A stretch of 15,184 bases of DNA from PVC group bacterium (GCA_043804695.1 JAZDIV010000128.1:1-15184), one strand, 5' to 3'. Counted from the first letter of the stretch, positions 6,437 through 15,136 are shown. Program-made: numbers and translations. Notes: generated by a model not told the origin, from the sequence alone.

Positions 6437-7169
6437 ATGAATGCCCCGATCAGAGAGTACCCCCGGCATGTGGCGATCATCATGGACGGGAACGGCCGCT
6501 GGGCGCAAAAACGCGGGCTCTCCCGGCTGGAAGGCCATCGCGCCGGCGCGGAGGCGGTGCGAAAGATCACCACCGCCGCGGCGGAAATGGGCCTCGGGTA
6601 CCTGACCCTCTACGCCTTCTCGGTCGAGAACTGGCGCCGGCCCAAACGCGAGATCCAGGGCCTGATGCGTTACCTGAAAGAGTACCTCCGGAGCGAGCTC
6701 CCCGTCATGCAGGAGAACAACATCCGTCTGCGAGCCATCGGGCGCATTGCTGAATTCCCGGCCGGCGTTCGGGAAGTGCTGTCCCGGACGATCGCCGCCA
6801 CCGCGAAAAATACCGGCCTGACTCTGACCCTGGCCCTCAACTACCGCGGCCGGGCGGAAATAATCGACGGGGTCAAAAAAAATCGTCCGGGAAGCGCTGG
6901 CGGGGGAGATATCCGCGGACATGATCGACGAAGCGTTTTTCTCCCGGCATCTCTATGCCGGCGACATCCCGGACCCCGATCTGCTGATCCGCACCAGCGG
7001 TGAAATGAGGGTGAGCAACTTCCTGCTCTGGGAGATCTCTTATACCGAGCTCTGGGTGACACCGGTCTGCTGGCCCGATTTCGGACGGGAAAACCTGGAG
7101 GCGGCGATCGCGGACTACCGGCAGAGGGAGCGCCGCTTCGGCGGTCTTATTTTTCCTTCGGAAAAATAA
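6437..7169 (+). CDS. uppS: Undecaprenyl/polyprenyl diphosphate synthase, split by an apparent +1 frameshift in the A8 tract at 6875-6882
   Basis: N-part (ORF 6437-7003): PRHVAIIMDGNGRWA, YAFSVENWRRP. C-part (ORF 6921-7169): PDPDLLIRTSGEMRVSNFLLW, WPDF, RERRFGG. Removing one A joins them as GVKKIVREALAGEISADMIDE. Confidence 0.93.
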
Positions 7170-7198
7170 GAATGTGCAAGCATTGAAAGTGAATTTCA

Positions 7199-7226
7199 TT
7201 ACACTTTACACATTACACCTTACACA
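7199..7226 (+). repeat. Heptamer tandem repeat (TTACACH)x4
   Basis: TTACACT TTACACA TTACACC TTACACA. Confidence 0.85.
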
Positions 7227-7257
7227 TAAATTTGCGAGCGTAGCGAGCTAATTTAAA

Positions 7258-8121
7258 ATGTCGAAAACACGGGTGATAACGGCGATTCCGCTGCTCCTGA
7301 TTCTGATCGGGGTTATTTATTTCAGCTTTACCGCGCCGATCCTTTTCTTCCTGGCCGGCAATCTTTTCGTCGGCCTCGGGATGCGCGAGTTTGTGCGGAT
7401 GACCGACGGGATCCGGGCCGTCGGCATCCTGGGGGGACTCTGTCTTTTTTCCTCGGTGTTCCTGGCCTCCGTCGGACACAATGCCCTGCCGCCCCATCTC
7501 TCCGTCTTCGTGGGCAGCACCTGGGGAGACGCGGTGCTTTTCGCCATCGTCGCGGTTTTGTTTATCTTTCAGGCTACCCGCCGGGACGGCGGAAATGCCA
7601 TCAGCAAGATCAGCACCACCCTGACCGGCATCATCTACGTGGCCTGGCTCTTCTCTTTCCTCCCCCGGATCAACTATTATTTTCAATCGGCCCCCGTCGG
7701 CGCCGACGATGGCCGGTTTTACGTCTTCTTTCTGTTTCTGGTCGTCAAGGTCAACGACTCGGCGGCCTATTACATCGGATCAAAATGGGGTCAGCACAAG
7801 CTCATCCCCCGGATCAGCCCCGGCAAGACCATCGAAGGGACCGTGGGAGGGGTGCTGACAGGCGGTTTGAGCGCGGTGGCCGGAAAGTTTCTTTTTTCCC
7901 TTGGCCGCCTGACCTGGCCGGCGGCGCTGACCCTGGGTCTGGTCCTGGGGACGGCGGCGGTGATGGGCGACCTGGCGGAGTCCCTTCTCAAGAGATCCTC
8001 CGGGCAGAAGGATTCGGGGCGGACGTTGCCGGGGATGGGGGGGATACTTGATCTGCTGGACAGCCTTTTCTTTACCGCCCCCCTGCTGTATTTATATATG
8101 AAGCTAGTTTTAAAACTTTAG
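7258..8121 (+). CDS. cdsA: Phosphatidate cytidylyltransferase
   Basis: Polytopic membrane protein with DSAAYYIG..WG.HKL.P.ISPGKTIEG and GDLAESLLKR..G.KDSG..LPG.GGILD..DS motifs, in the uppS-cdsA-dxr context. Confidence 0.96.
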   Translation: MSKTRVITAIPLLLILIGVIYFSFTAPILFFLAGNLFVGLGMREFVRMTDGIRAVGILGGLCLFSSVFLASVGHNALPPHLSVFVGSTWGDAVLFAIVAVLFIFQATRRDGGNAISKISTTLTGIIYVAWLFSFLPRINYYFQSAPVGADDGRFYVFFLFLVVKVNDSAAYYIGSKWGQHKLIPRISPGKTIEGTVGGVLTGGLSAVAGKFLFSLGRLTWPAALTLGLVLGTAAVMGDLAESLLKRSSGQKDSGRTLPGMGGILDLLDSLFFTAPLLYLYMKLVLKL

Positions 8122-8163
8122 GCACTTAAGAACATCGCCCGAGCAAAGCGAGGGCAAAGTTCC

Positions 8164-9336
8164 ATGAAGAAGATCGTCATCTTAGGTTCCACCGGGTCGA
8201 TCGGCACCGGCACCCTCGATGTGGTTCGCCGGGACCCCGGCGCCTTCCGGGTTCTCGGCCTGGGCGCCGGGGAGAACACCGGGCTGCTCCAGCGCCAGAT
8301 TGAGGAGTTCGGTCCGGCCCGGGCGGCGGTTGCCGGAGAGCGGCAGGCCCGGAGTCTCCGGGCCCGGCTGGGCGGGAAGGTCGATCTCCTCTGGGGCGAT
8401 CGCGGCCTGGAGGAACTGGCGGCCGATGAGGAGGCCGATCTGGTGGTGGTTGCCATTCCGGGCACGAAAGCCCTCCTGCCCGCCTTCGGCGCCATCCGGC
8501 GGGGAAAAGATATCGCCCTGGCTTCCAAGGAAATCCTGGTGGCGGCGGGCGAGCTGGCCCTGGCCGAGGCCGCGGTCAGCGGAAGCCGGATTCTTCCCGT
8601 TGACAGCGAGCACTCGGCGGTCTTTCAGTGCCTCCGGGGAGAGCGGAGAGAGTCGGTCCGGAAGATCATCCTCACCGCCTCCGGGGGACCCTTTCTGAAC
8701 GCATCCCGGGCCGAACTGGAGAAGGCGACCGCCGCGCAGGCGCTCCGGCACCCGCGCTGGAAGATGGGACGGAAGGTCACGCTGGACTCGGCGACCCTGA
8801 TGAACAAGGGGCTGGAGGTGCTGGAGGCGCGCTGGCTCTTCGGCCTGCCGCTGGACCGGATCGATATCGTCATCCACCCCCAGAGCATCGTCCATTCCCT
8901 GGTCGAGATGTGCGACGGGTCTCTCCTGGCCCAGATGAGCCGGCCGGACATGCGGCTCCCGATCTCGTACGCGCTCTATTATCCGGACCGCTCGCCGCGG
9001 GTATTTCAGGCGACGGCGCTCCCGGTTCTGGAGCCGCTGACCTTTTTCGAGCCTGACCGGGAGACCTTCCCCGCCCTCGATCTCGCCGTCCGGGCCGGCG
9101 CCGCCGGGGGGACGATGCCGGCGGCGATGAACGCGGCCAATGAAGCGGCGGGGGCGGCGTTTTTGAAAAATGAGATCCCCTTTCTCGGGATCATGGAAGT
9201 GGTGGAATCGGTGATGGATGACCATCAGGTCGTTTTCTCGCCCGATCTCCCGGCGATCCTGGCGGCGGACCGGTGGGCGCGGAGGAGGGCGGAAGAGTTG
9301 ATCAGGGTTTACCGGCGAAGATCGCAGGTGCTATAA
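8164..9336 (+). CDS. dxr: 1-deoxy-D-xylulose-5-phosphate reductoisomerase
   Basis: ILGSTGSIG NADPH motif, LPVDSEHSA, LTASGGPF, HPRWKMG.K.T.DSATLMNKGLE, NAANE. Confidence 0.98.
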   Translation: MKKIVILGSTGSIGTGTLDVVRRDPGAFRVLGLGAGENTGLLQRQIEEFGPARAAVAGERQARSLRARLGGKVDLLWGDRGLEELAADEEADLVVVAIPGTKALLPAFGAIRRGKDIALASKEILVAAGELALAEAAVSGSRILPVDSEHSAVFQCLRGERRESVRKIILTASGGPFLNASRAELEKATAAQALRHPRWKMGRKVTLDSATLMNKGLEVLEARWLFGLPLDRIDIVIHPQSIVHSLVEMCDGSLLAQMSRPDMRLPISYALYYPDRSPRVFQATALPVLEPLTFFEPDRETFPALDLAVRAGAAGGTMPAAMNAANEAAGAAFLKNEIPFLGIMEVVESVMDDHQVVFSPDLPAILAADRWARRRAEELIRVYRRRSQVL

Positions 9337-9479
9337 TTTAATGTGAATTATAAGCATTGAAACAACGTCACCGACTTATTTTTCAGTTACCGGTATTGCC
9401 GCAATGGAATCATATCTAGACTTTGTTCAAAACATAAAGTAGCGCCGAAGGCGCTAAGTTCTCAGAAGAGGAATAAAAA

Positions 9480-11102
9480 ATGGATGAGATTGTCGTCTGG
9501 CTGATCAGCATAGCTAAGTTCGGGGTGATGCTGGGAATACTGATCTTTGTTCACGAACTGGGCCATTTTCTGGTCGCCCGCCGGTTCGGGGTATATATCA
9601 AAAAGTTCTTTCTCGGTTTTGACATCGGGGGGCTGAAGCTTTTCAGTTACAAAGGCAGGGAAACCGAGTACGGGATCGGCATCCTGCCCCTGGGGGGATA
9701 CGTCAAGATGGCCGGGCAGGAAGACCTGCCGCCGGGGGACGAAGAGGCGCGGGAGAAGCTGGAAAACGAGGACCGGGACATCCCCCCGGAGCGACGGTTC
9801 GACCGCCGGCCCCTCCCTCAGAGGGCGGCGATTGTCTTTGCCGGCCCCCTGATGAACCTGATTCTGGGGCTGGTCGTGTTTATCCTGGTCGCGATGATCG
9901 GGATCGAGGTCCCCCGGTATCTGAGCGAACCGCTGGTCGGCCTGGTGGAAAAAGGACTCCCGGCGGAGGCTGCCGGGGTTCAGCCGGGAGACCGGATCCT
10001 GGCGGTGGGGGGACGAAAGATCGAGGACTGGCCCGCTCTCCGCTGGGAACTCCGGCTGGTTCGGTCCGGCGAGGAAGTGCCGATCACCCTGGAAAGAGAG
10101 GGGGAGCGGTTGACGGTCATGGTCCGGCCGGAAATAGTCCGGGGCACCGGCTACCCCCGGATCGGGATCCTGCCCGGAGGTGAGGCGGTGGTCTGGGCGA
10201 TCCAGAGCGTCTCCCCCGCCGCCGCCGCCGGTTTGCGTGTCGGCGACATCATCGTCTCCGTCGACGGGGTCCCCCTGTACTGCCCGTTCCTGGATGAGAT
10301 TATCGGCGATCAACCCGCGGGAACGGTCGCGGGGCTGATCCGTCGGCCGGAGACGGGGGAGACGCTTCATCTCGACCTCCCCACCTTTTCGGTGAGCATG
10401 ATCCCCGGGCTCTATCTTGACCGCGACCGGGTGCTGAACGTCGACTATCAGGCCGAGGGCGAGGTGGGGATGATGAAAAAGGGCGATCGGATTGTGGCCA
10501 TCGACGGGGAAGCAACGGCCCCGTCGGATGTTGCCGGGACGATCAACGCCGCCCGGGCCGGAGAAACCCTCGTCCTCACCGTCAGCCGCGCCGGCTGGAT
10601 GTTTTTCAAGCCGTCTTCATCCTTTGCGGTCCGGGCCGCCGTCCGGCCCCTGACCGCGGTGGAGGGGGTGCATCTCAATTACCCCGCCGAGACGGTGCTG
10701 GTGCGCTACTCCGGCTTGCGCGCCGTCGCGGTCGGGGCCACCAATGCCCTCGAGAGCGTGGAGAAGATGATAACGGTCTTCACCGGAATGATTGTCGGGC
10801 AATTCGGGGCCTCTGAAGTCTCCGGTCCGATCGGGATTTTCACCATTACCAGCCAGCATCATGAACTGGCGGAACTGCTCTCCCTGCTGGCCCTGATCAG
10901 CATCAATCTCGGGCTGATCAATCTGTTCCCGCTTCCGGTTCTGGACGGCGGGCATCTGTTATTCTTCCTCTTCGAGGCGATCATCCGGCGGCCCCTCCCG
11001 CCCCGGCTTCTCCTGGTCGCCCAGCAGATCGGCCTGGCGATGATCGCGGTTCTTGTCGTCTTGATCACCTACAAGGACATTCTGCGGGTGCTGGGGTATT
11101 GA
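9480..11102 (+). CDS. rseP: RIP metalloprotease RseP (site-2 protease with PDZ domains)
   Basis: HELGH zinc motif, LPLGGYVKM, AGPLMN, PDZ segments, SGPIGI, NLFPLPVLDGGH. Confidence 0.96.
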   Translation: MDEIVVWLISIAKFGVMLGILIFVHELGHFLVARRFGVYIKKFFLGFDIGGLKLFSYKGRETEYGIGILPLGGYVKMAGQEDLPPGDEEAREKLENEDRDIPPERRFDRRPLPQRAAIVFAGPLMNLILGLVVFILVAMIGIEVPRYLSEPLVGLVEKGLPAEAAGVQPGDRILAVGGRKIEDWPALRWELRLVRSGEEVPITLEREGERLTVMVRPEIVRGTGYPRIGILPGGEAVVWAIQSVSPAAAAGLRVGDIIVSVDGVPLYCPFLDEIIGDQPAGTVAGLIRRPETGETLHLDLPTFSVSMIPGLYLDRDRVLNVDYQAEGEVGMMKKGDRIVAIDGEATAPSDVAGTINAARAGETLVLTVSRAGWMFFKPSSSFAVRAAVRPLTAVEGVHLNYPAETVLVRYSGLRAVAVGATNALESVEKMITVFTGMIVGQFGASEVSGPIGIFTITSQHHELAELLSLLALISINLGLINLFPLPVLDGGHLLFFLFEAIIRRPLPPRLLLVAQQIGLAMIAVLVVLITYKDILRVLGY

Positions 11103-11184
11103 GGAATACGGTAAGCGGTGAGCGCGGAGCGAATCGGTTATCGTTGAAGCGAGGGCTAAGTTACTGCTTCGGAATTTCAAAAAC

Positions 11185-11301
11185 GGTAACGGTAAGGGTA
11201 ACGATGCCCGTATCGGTGAGGGTAATGGTAACGGCTGCCTCGCTGGGCGCACGTAACCGTAACCGGCAGACGAAACGGGCATCGTCACCGTAACCGTAAC
11301 C
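11185..11301. repeat. Inverted hexamer arrays (GGTAAC)n ... (CGTAAC)n forming a long imperfect hairpin
   Basis: Left arm GGTAAC GGTAAG GGTAAC...GGTGAG GGTAAT GGTAAC; right arm CGTAAC CGTAAC...CGTCAC CGTAAC CGTAAC. Perfect core ACGATGCCCGT (11201-11211) / ACGGGCATCGT (11275-11285). Confidence 0.85.
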
Positions 11302-11327
11302 ACGTTGCGCCGAAGGCGCTAATTTAT

Positions 11328-12401
11328 ATGAAGAGACGTTTGACTCGTCGAATTATGGTCGGAGACGTCCCCATTGGCGGGGGTGCTCCGATAACCGTTC
11401 AGTCAATGGCCAAGACCGACACCCGGGACGCGGCGGCGACGGCGCGCCAGATCGACGGGCTGGCCGCCGCCGGATGCGAGATCGTCCGGGTGGCCGTCCC
11501 CGACGAAGCCGCCGCCGCCGCCATCCCGGCTGTCTGTGAAAGTTCTCCGATCCCGGTGATCGCCGATATCCACTTCGATCATCGTCTGGCCCTGACCGCG
11601 ATCGCGGGCGGGGTGGCCGGGCTCCGGATCAATCCGGGGAACATCGGAGCCGCCTGGAAGGTCCGGGATGTGGTCCGGGCCTGCCGGGAGAAGAACCTGC
11701 CCATCCGGGTGGGGGCGAACGAGGGTTCCCTGAGCGGGGAGATGGAGGCGAAGTACGGCGGACCCACCCCCCGGGCCCTGGTCGAGAGCGCGTTAAGAGA
11801 AGTGGCGGTGATCGAGAAGGAGGGGTACGGGGAGATAAAGATATCGGTAAAAGCGTTTGACGTTTTTACCGCCCGTTCCGCCTACCGGCTGCTCTCCCGG
11901 AAGACAGATTACCCGCTCCATGTCGGGATCACCGAGGCCGGGCCTCCGGTTCCGGGGACGGTCCGGTCCGCGATCGGGATTTCCCTGCTCCTCCTGGAGG
12001 GGATCGGCGATACGATCCGGGTCTCGCTCAGCGCCGATCCCGTCCGGGAAGTGCGGGTGGGGAGAGAGATCCTGCAGACGCTGGGCTTGCGGAGCTTCGG
12101 CCCGGTCATCGTCAGTTGCCCGACCTGTGGCCGGACCCGGATCGATCTCCTCTCCCTGCTCGGGGAGGTCGAGAGCAGGGTCGCCGCATTACCGTTCCTG
12201 GACAAACTGTCCGGCTTCAAGATAGCGGTGATGGGGTGTGAGGTCAATGGCCCGGGAGAAGCCCGCCGGGCCGATCTCGGCATCGCGGGAGGAAAAGAAA
12301 GCGCCCTCCTTTTCAAGGGCGGGAGCGTTATCGGCCGGTTCCCCGTTTCCGGCGTGGTTGATGCCCTGATAGATGAATTAAAGAAAGGTGCGGCCCAGTA
12401 A
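11328..12401 (+). CDS. ispG: (E)-4-hydroxy-3-methylbut-2-enyl-diphosphate synthase (two-domain IspG/GcpE)
   Basis: IGGGAPITVQSM, ADIHFD, RINPGNIG, PLHVGITEAG, GIGDTIRVSL, and Fe-S ligands SCPTCGR and MGCEVNGPGE. Confidence 0.98.
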   Translation: MKRRLTRRIMVGDVPIGGGAPITVQSMAKTDTRDAAATARQIDGLAAAGCEIVRVAVPDEAAAAAIPAVCESSPIPVIADIHFDHRLALTAIAGGVAGLRINPGNIGAAWKVRDVVRACREKNLPIRVGANEGSLSGEMEAKYGGPTPRALVESALREVAVIEKEGYGEIKISVKAFDVFTARSAYRLLSRKTDYPLHVGITEAGPPVPGTVRSAIGISLLLLEGIGDTIRVSLSADPVREVRVGREILQTLGLRSFGPVIVSCPTCGRTRIDLLSLLGEVESRVAALPFLDKLSGFKIAVMGCEVNGPGEARRADLGIAGGKESALLFKGGSVIGRFPVSGVVDALIDELKKGAAQ

Positions 12402-13594
12402 TTTCCGGTCCGACAAAATATTTCTGGCCGGCAGCTGTTTTCATTCCGGCACTGACGATTCGGCTGATCTGCGGGTTAACCGGACCGGAAAAATATTGCG
12501 ATCCGGACGAAGCCGTCTACCTGGCCATAACCTCCAATGTCCTGGAGGGGAAAGGAGTGATCCTCAATCAGTATCGACAGGCTTCCTTCCCTCCCCTCTA
12601 TCCCGTTTTTCTGGCCGGGCTGCGGCGGATGGGCATCGGATCGATCAGGGATATCCGGCTGGTGCAGGCGTTTCTGGGCGCCGGATCCTGTCTCTGGCTG
12701 ATGGGAATCGCGCACCGGGCATTCTCGCGGCATGAGAACAGCCTGGCCATCTCGGTGGTTGCCGCCCTGCTCCTGGCGGTATACCCCCCCGCGATCTGGT
12801 ATGGCCGGCAGGTGATGACCGAAACAGTTTTCATGTTTCTTCTTCTGTCCGGGATATACTGTCTTTTCCGCAGTATCGAGAGTAAAAGAATGCACCGTTG
12901 GCTGGCGGGGGCCGGGATTTTTTTCGGACTGGGGATTCTCTGTCGTCCGACTTTGCTGCCGTTTGCTTTTGTCATCCCCCTCTGGATAGTGATGGTCCGG
13001 CCGGACGTTCGATTCCGGCGCGTCATCAGTTATCTTGTGCCCCTGGCACTGATTATGGCGCCCTGGGGAGCGAGGAACTATCGGCTTTTTCACCGGGTCA
13101 TCCCGGTCACCACCCAGGCCGGCAATATCCTTTATCTGGCCAACAATCCGTTAGCCTCCGGCGGGACCGTCAGCATCAGCTATTATCTCCAGGCGGGGAT
13201 CTACCATCTGGGGGATGAAGAGGATGAATTGACCTATAATCAGGAATACGGCCGCCGGGCGGTTGATTTTATTACCGCCTCGCCGATGCGATTTCTCCGC
13301 CTTTGTTTACGGCGGCTGGCCTGGTTCTATCATCTGGACGGTCATCACCGCCGGCCTGTTTTGCTTGTCCCTTTCTGGGGGGTGATCGTTCTGGCGATCG
13401 CCGGTTTCTGGCTGGCTCGCGAGCGCTGGAAAGCGACCTTTCCCCTTCTTCTCCTGGTCATTAATTTTACGGCCATTCACATGGTGTTCCCGCCCGAGGG
13501 ACGATACCGGTTGCCCGTCATGCCGGCCTTCTTCCTGTTCGCTGCCGTTGCCTTGATTGAGATCTATACCCGTTTGGGCGGTAATCATGAGTGA
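12388..13594 (+). CDS. ArnT/PMT-like (GT-C fold, GT39/GT83-like) membrane glycosyltransferase; start uncertain and upstream of the called GTG 12557
   Basis: The frame of ORF 12557-13594 is open back to 12377 and reads AAVFIPALTIRL...DPDEAVYLAITSNVLEGKG...FPPLYP, followed by MTE, LCRP, PW..RNY..F and GRYRLP motifs and many TM segments. That frame has no ATG/GTG/TTG before 12557. Likely start is GTG 12388 with a +1 shift near 12430, or a non-canonical start. Confidence 0.8.
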
Positions 13595-15092
13595 AGTCAA
13601 ACGAATTGCCGGCAACACGGCGGCTCTGGTTTTCGGCCGGGGCATCCGTCTCCTGGTCTCCATCGTGCTGGGGATTGTTCTCGCCCGTTATCTCGGACAG
13701 ATCCATTACGGCAACTGGACCGTCGCCCGGTCCCTTTGCGCTCTGCTGACCATCCTGAGCTCTCTCGGGCTGAGCAAGATCGCCATCCGGGAGTGCGCCG
13801 TCAGGGTGGATGAGGCCGGGCGTTACCTGGGGACCGTTCTCGCGCTCACTGCGGCATTTTCCCTCATCAGTGTTCTGGTCGCCGTCCTGCTCGTCTCCGG
13901 CCTCGGTTATCATGCCGAGATTGCCTGGCTGGTCTTCATCGCGCTCGGGGTTTACATCCTCTCCTCCCTCGGGGAGGCCTTCGTGATCCAGTTCCGCTCC
14001 CGCGAAAAAATGGGGTACGAGGCTTTGAGTAATATTTGCAAGGACCTGCTCCTCATGCTCCTGGTCTTTCTGGCGGTCTACCTTTCCTGGGGCGTGCTGC
14101 GGGTCGCCGGCATCTACCTGTTCGCGGCCGCCGCCTACGTTCTCTTCTCCTGGGCCCTGGCGCGGAAAAAATTCCCCTCCCCGCCGCTCTCTCTCGACCT
14201 GTCGCTGGCTCCCCGCCTCATTCTCGGCGGCCTCCCTCTGGCCCTGGCCATCTTTTTCAATTCTTACCACGAGGTGACCAGGATCATCATCCAGAAGACG
14301 ATCGGCTCTGCGGGGGCGGGATATTACAGCGCGGCGGTCCTCCCCTATATGGCCCTGGAGAGCACCGTCATCATCGCCATCATGGGGGCGGTCTTTCCCG
14401 TTCTTTCCCGGCGTCATCTGATCGACCGTCCCGGGCTGGCGTCCCTCTACCGGAGGATGAGCAGATACCTTTTCATGCTCTCCCTGCCGGTTGCTCTGTA
14501 CTGTTTGTTTCTGGGGGACGAGCTGATCCTGATCATGTTCGGCCCCGATTATCTCGACGCCGTGCCGGTCCTGAAAACCATGGGCCCCGTTTTCATCCTG
14601 ATGTTCCAGAACTACCTCCTCTACAACGCGATGGTGGCCTGCCGGAAGGAATGGTGCTTTGCCTGGATCATGGGTGTCGGCGCGCTTATCAACGCGGCCG
14701 CGGCGGTCTTTTTTACAACTGTTCTCTCCCGCGCCGGTGACCCGATAGTGATCGGGAACTCAACCGCCGGGGTCGGGATCCGGCTGATCGGCGTTACGGG
14801 AGGGCCGATTGCCCTGATCATCGCCCAGCTCTTTACCGCGGTTGCTCTCAGCCTGGTCCTTTACCGTGAATATCGGCAGCTTCTGATCCTGAAAAAATGG
14901 CTCCGGCCTTTCGCCGCGGCGCTCCTAACGGGCGGTTTGATCCGGTGGGAGGGCATGCTGGACCTCCCGGCGGGGGTGGTGCTTGCCTCCAGCGCGGTCT
15001 TTTACGGACTGCTGCTTTTCTTCCTCGGGAGTTTCGACCGGACGGATCAGGACATATTTATGTCGATTCTTTTTACTGCGCGAAAAGAATAG
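13587..15092 (+). CDS. Wzx-like oligosaccharide/polysaccharide flippase
   Basis: RIAGNT...LARYLG...YG, GYYSAA, AVFPVLSR, FGPDY..AVPVL, with many hydrophobic segments (MOP superfamily). ATG 13587 overlaps the end of the upstream gene. Confidence 0.88.
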   Translation: MSEVKRIAGNTAALVFGRGIRLLVSIVLGIVLARYLGQIHYGNWTVARSLCALLTILSSLGLSKIAIRECAVRVDEAGRYLGTVLALTAAFSLISVLVAVLLVSGLGYHAEIAWLVFIALGVYILSSLGEAFVIQFRSREKMGYEALSNICKDLLLMLLVFLAVYLSWGVLRVAGIYLFAAAAYVLFSWALARKKFPSPPLSLDLSLAPRLILGGLPLALAIFFNSYHEVTRIIIQKTIGSAGAGYYSAAVLPYMALESTVIIAIMGAVFPVLSRRHLIDRPGLASLYRRMSRYLFMLSLPVALYCLFLGDELILIMFGPDYLDAVPVLKTMGPVFILMFQNYLLYNAMVACRKEWCFAWIMGVGALINAAAAVFFTTVLSRAGDPIVIGNSTAGVGIRLIGVTGGPIALIIAQLFTAVALSLVLYREYRQLLILKKWLRPFAAALLTGGLIRWEGMLDLPAGVVLASSAVFYGLLLFFLGSFDRTDQDIFMSILFTARKE

Positions 15093-15105
15093 GTGTATTG
15101 CTTGC

Positions 15106-15136
15106 CCCGGGTAGGTAATCCGGGTTATTTTTGTTT
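15106..15136 (+). terminator. Possible Rho-independent terminator after the flippase
   Basis: CCCGGGT-AGGTA-ATCCGGG followed by TTATTTTTGTTT. Confidence 0.5.

Noticed and set aside
5132..6922. 596-aa minus-strand ORF (also 3160-4128, 8182-9225, 9462-10370, 13518-14417)
   Set aside because: Antisense shadows of well-supported genes, expected from high GC at third codon positions.
8131..8161. Canonical integron attC sites at the operon hairpins
   Set aside because: AAC...GTT ends appear at this one site, but it is far shorter than an attC, lacks RYYYAAC/GTTRRRY and L boxes, and no integrase is in the window.
11099..11293. 64-aa ORF with TVTVRVT repeats, and its antisense 10959-11303
   Set aside because: Translation of the hexamer arrays, with no family features.
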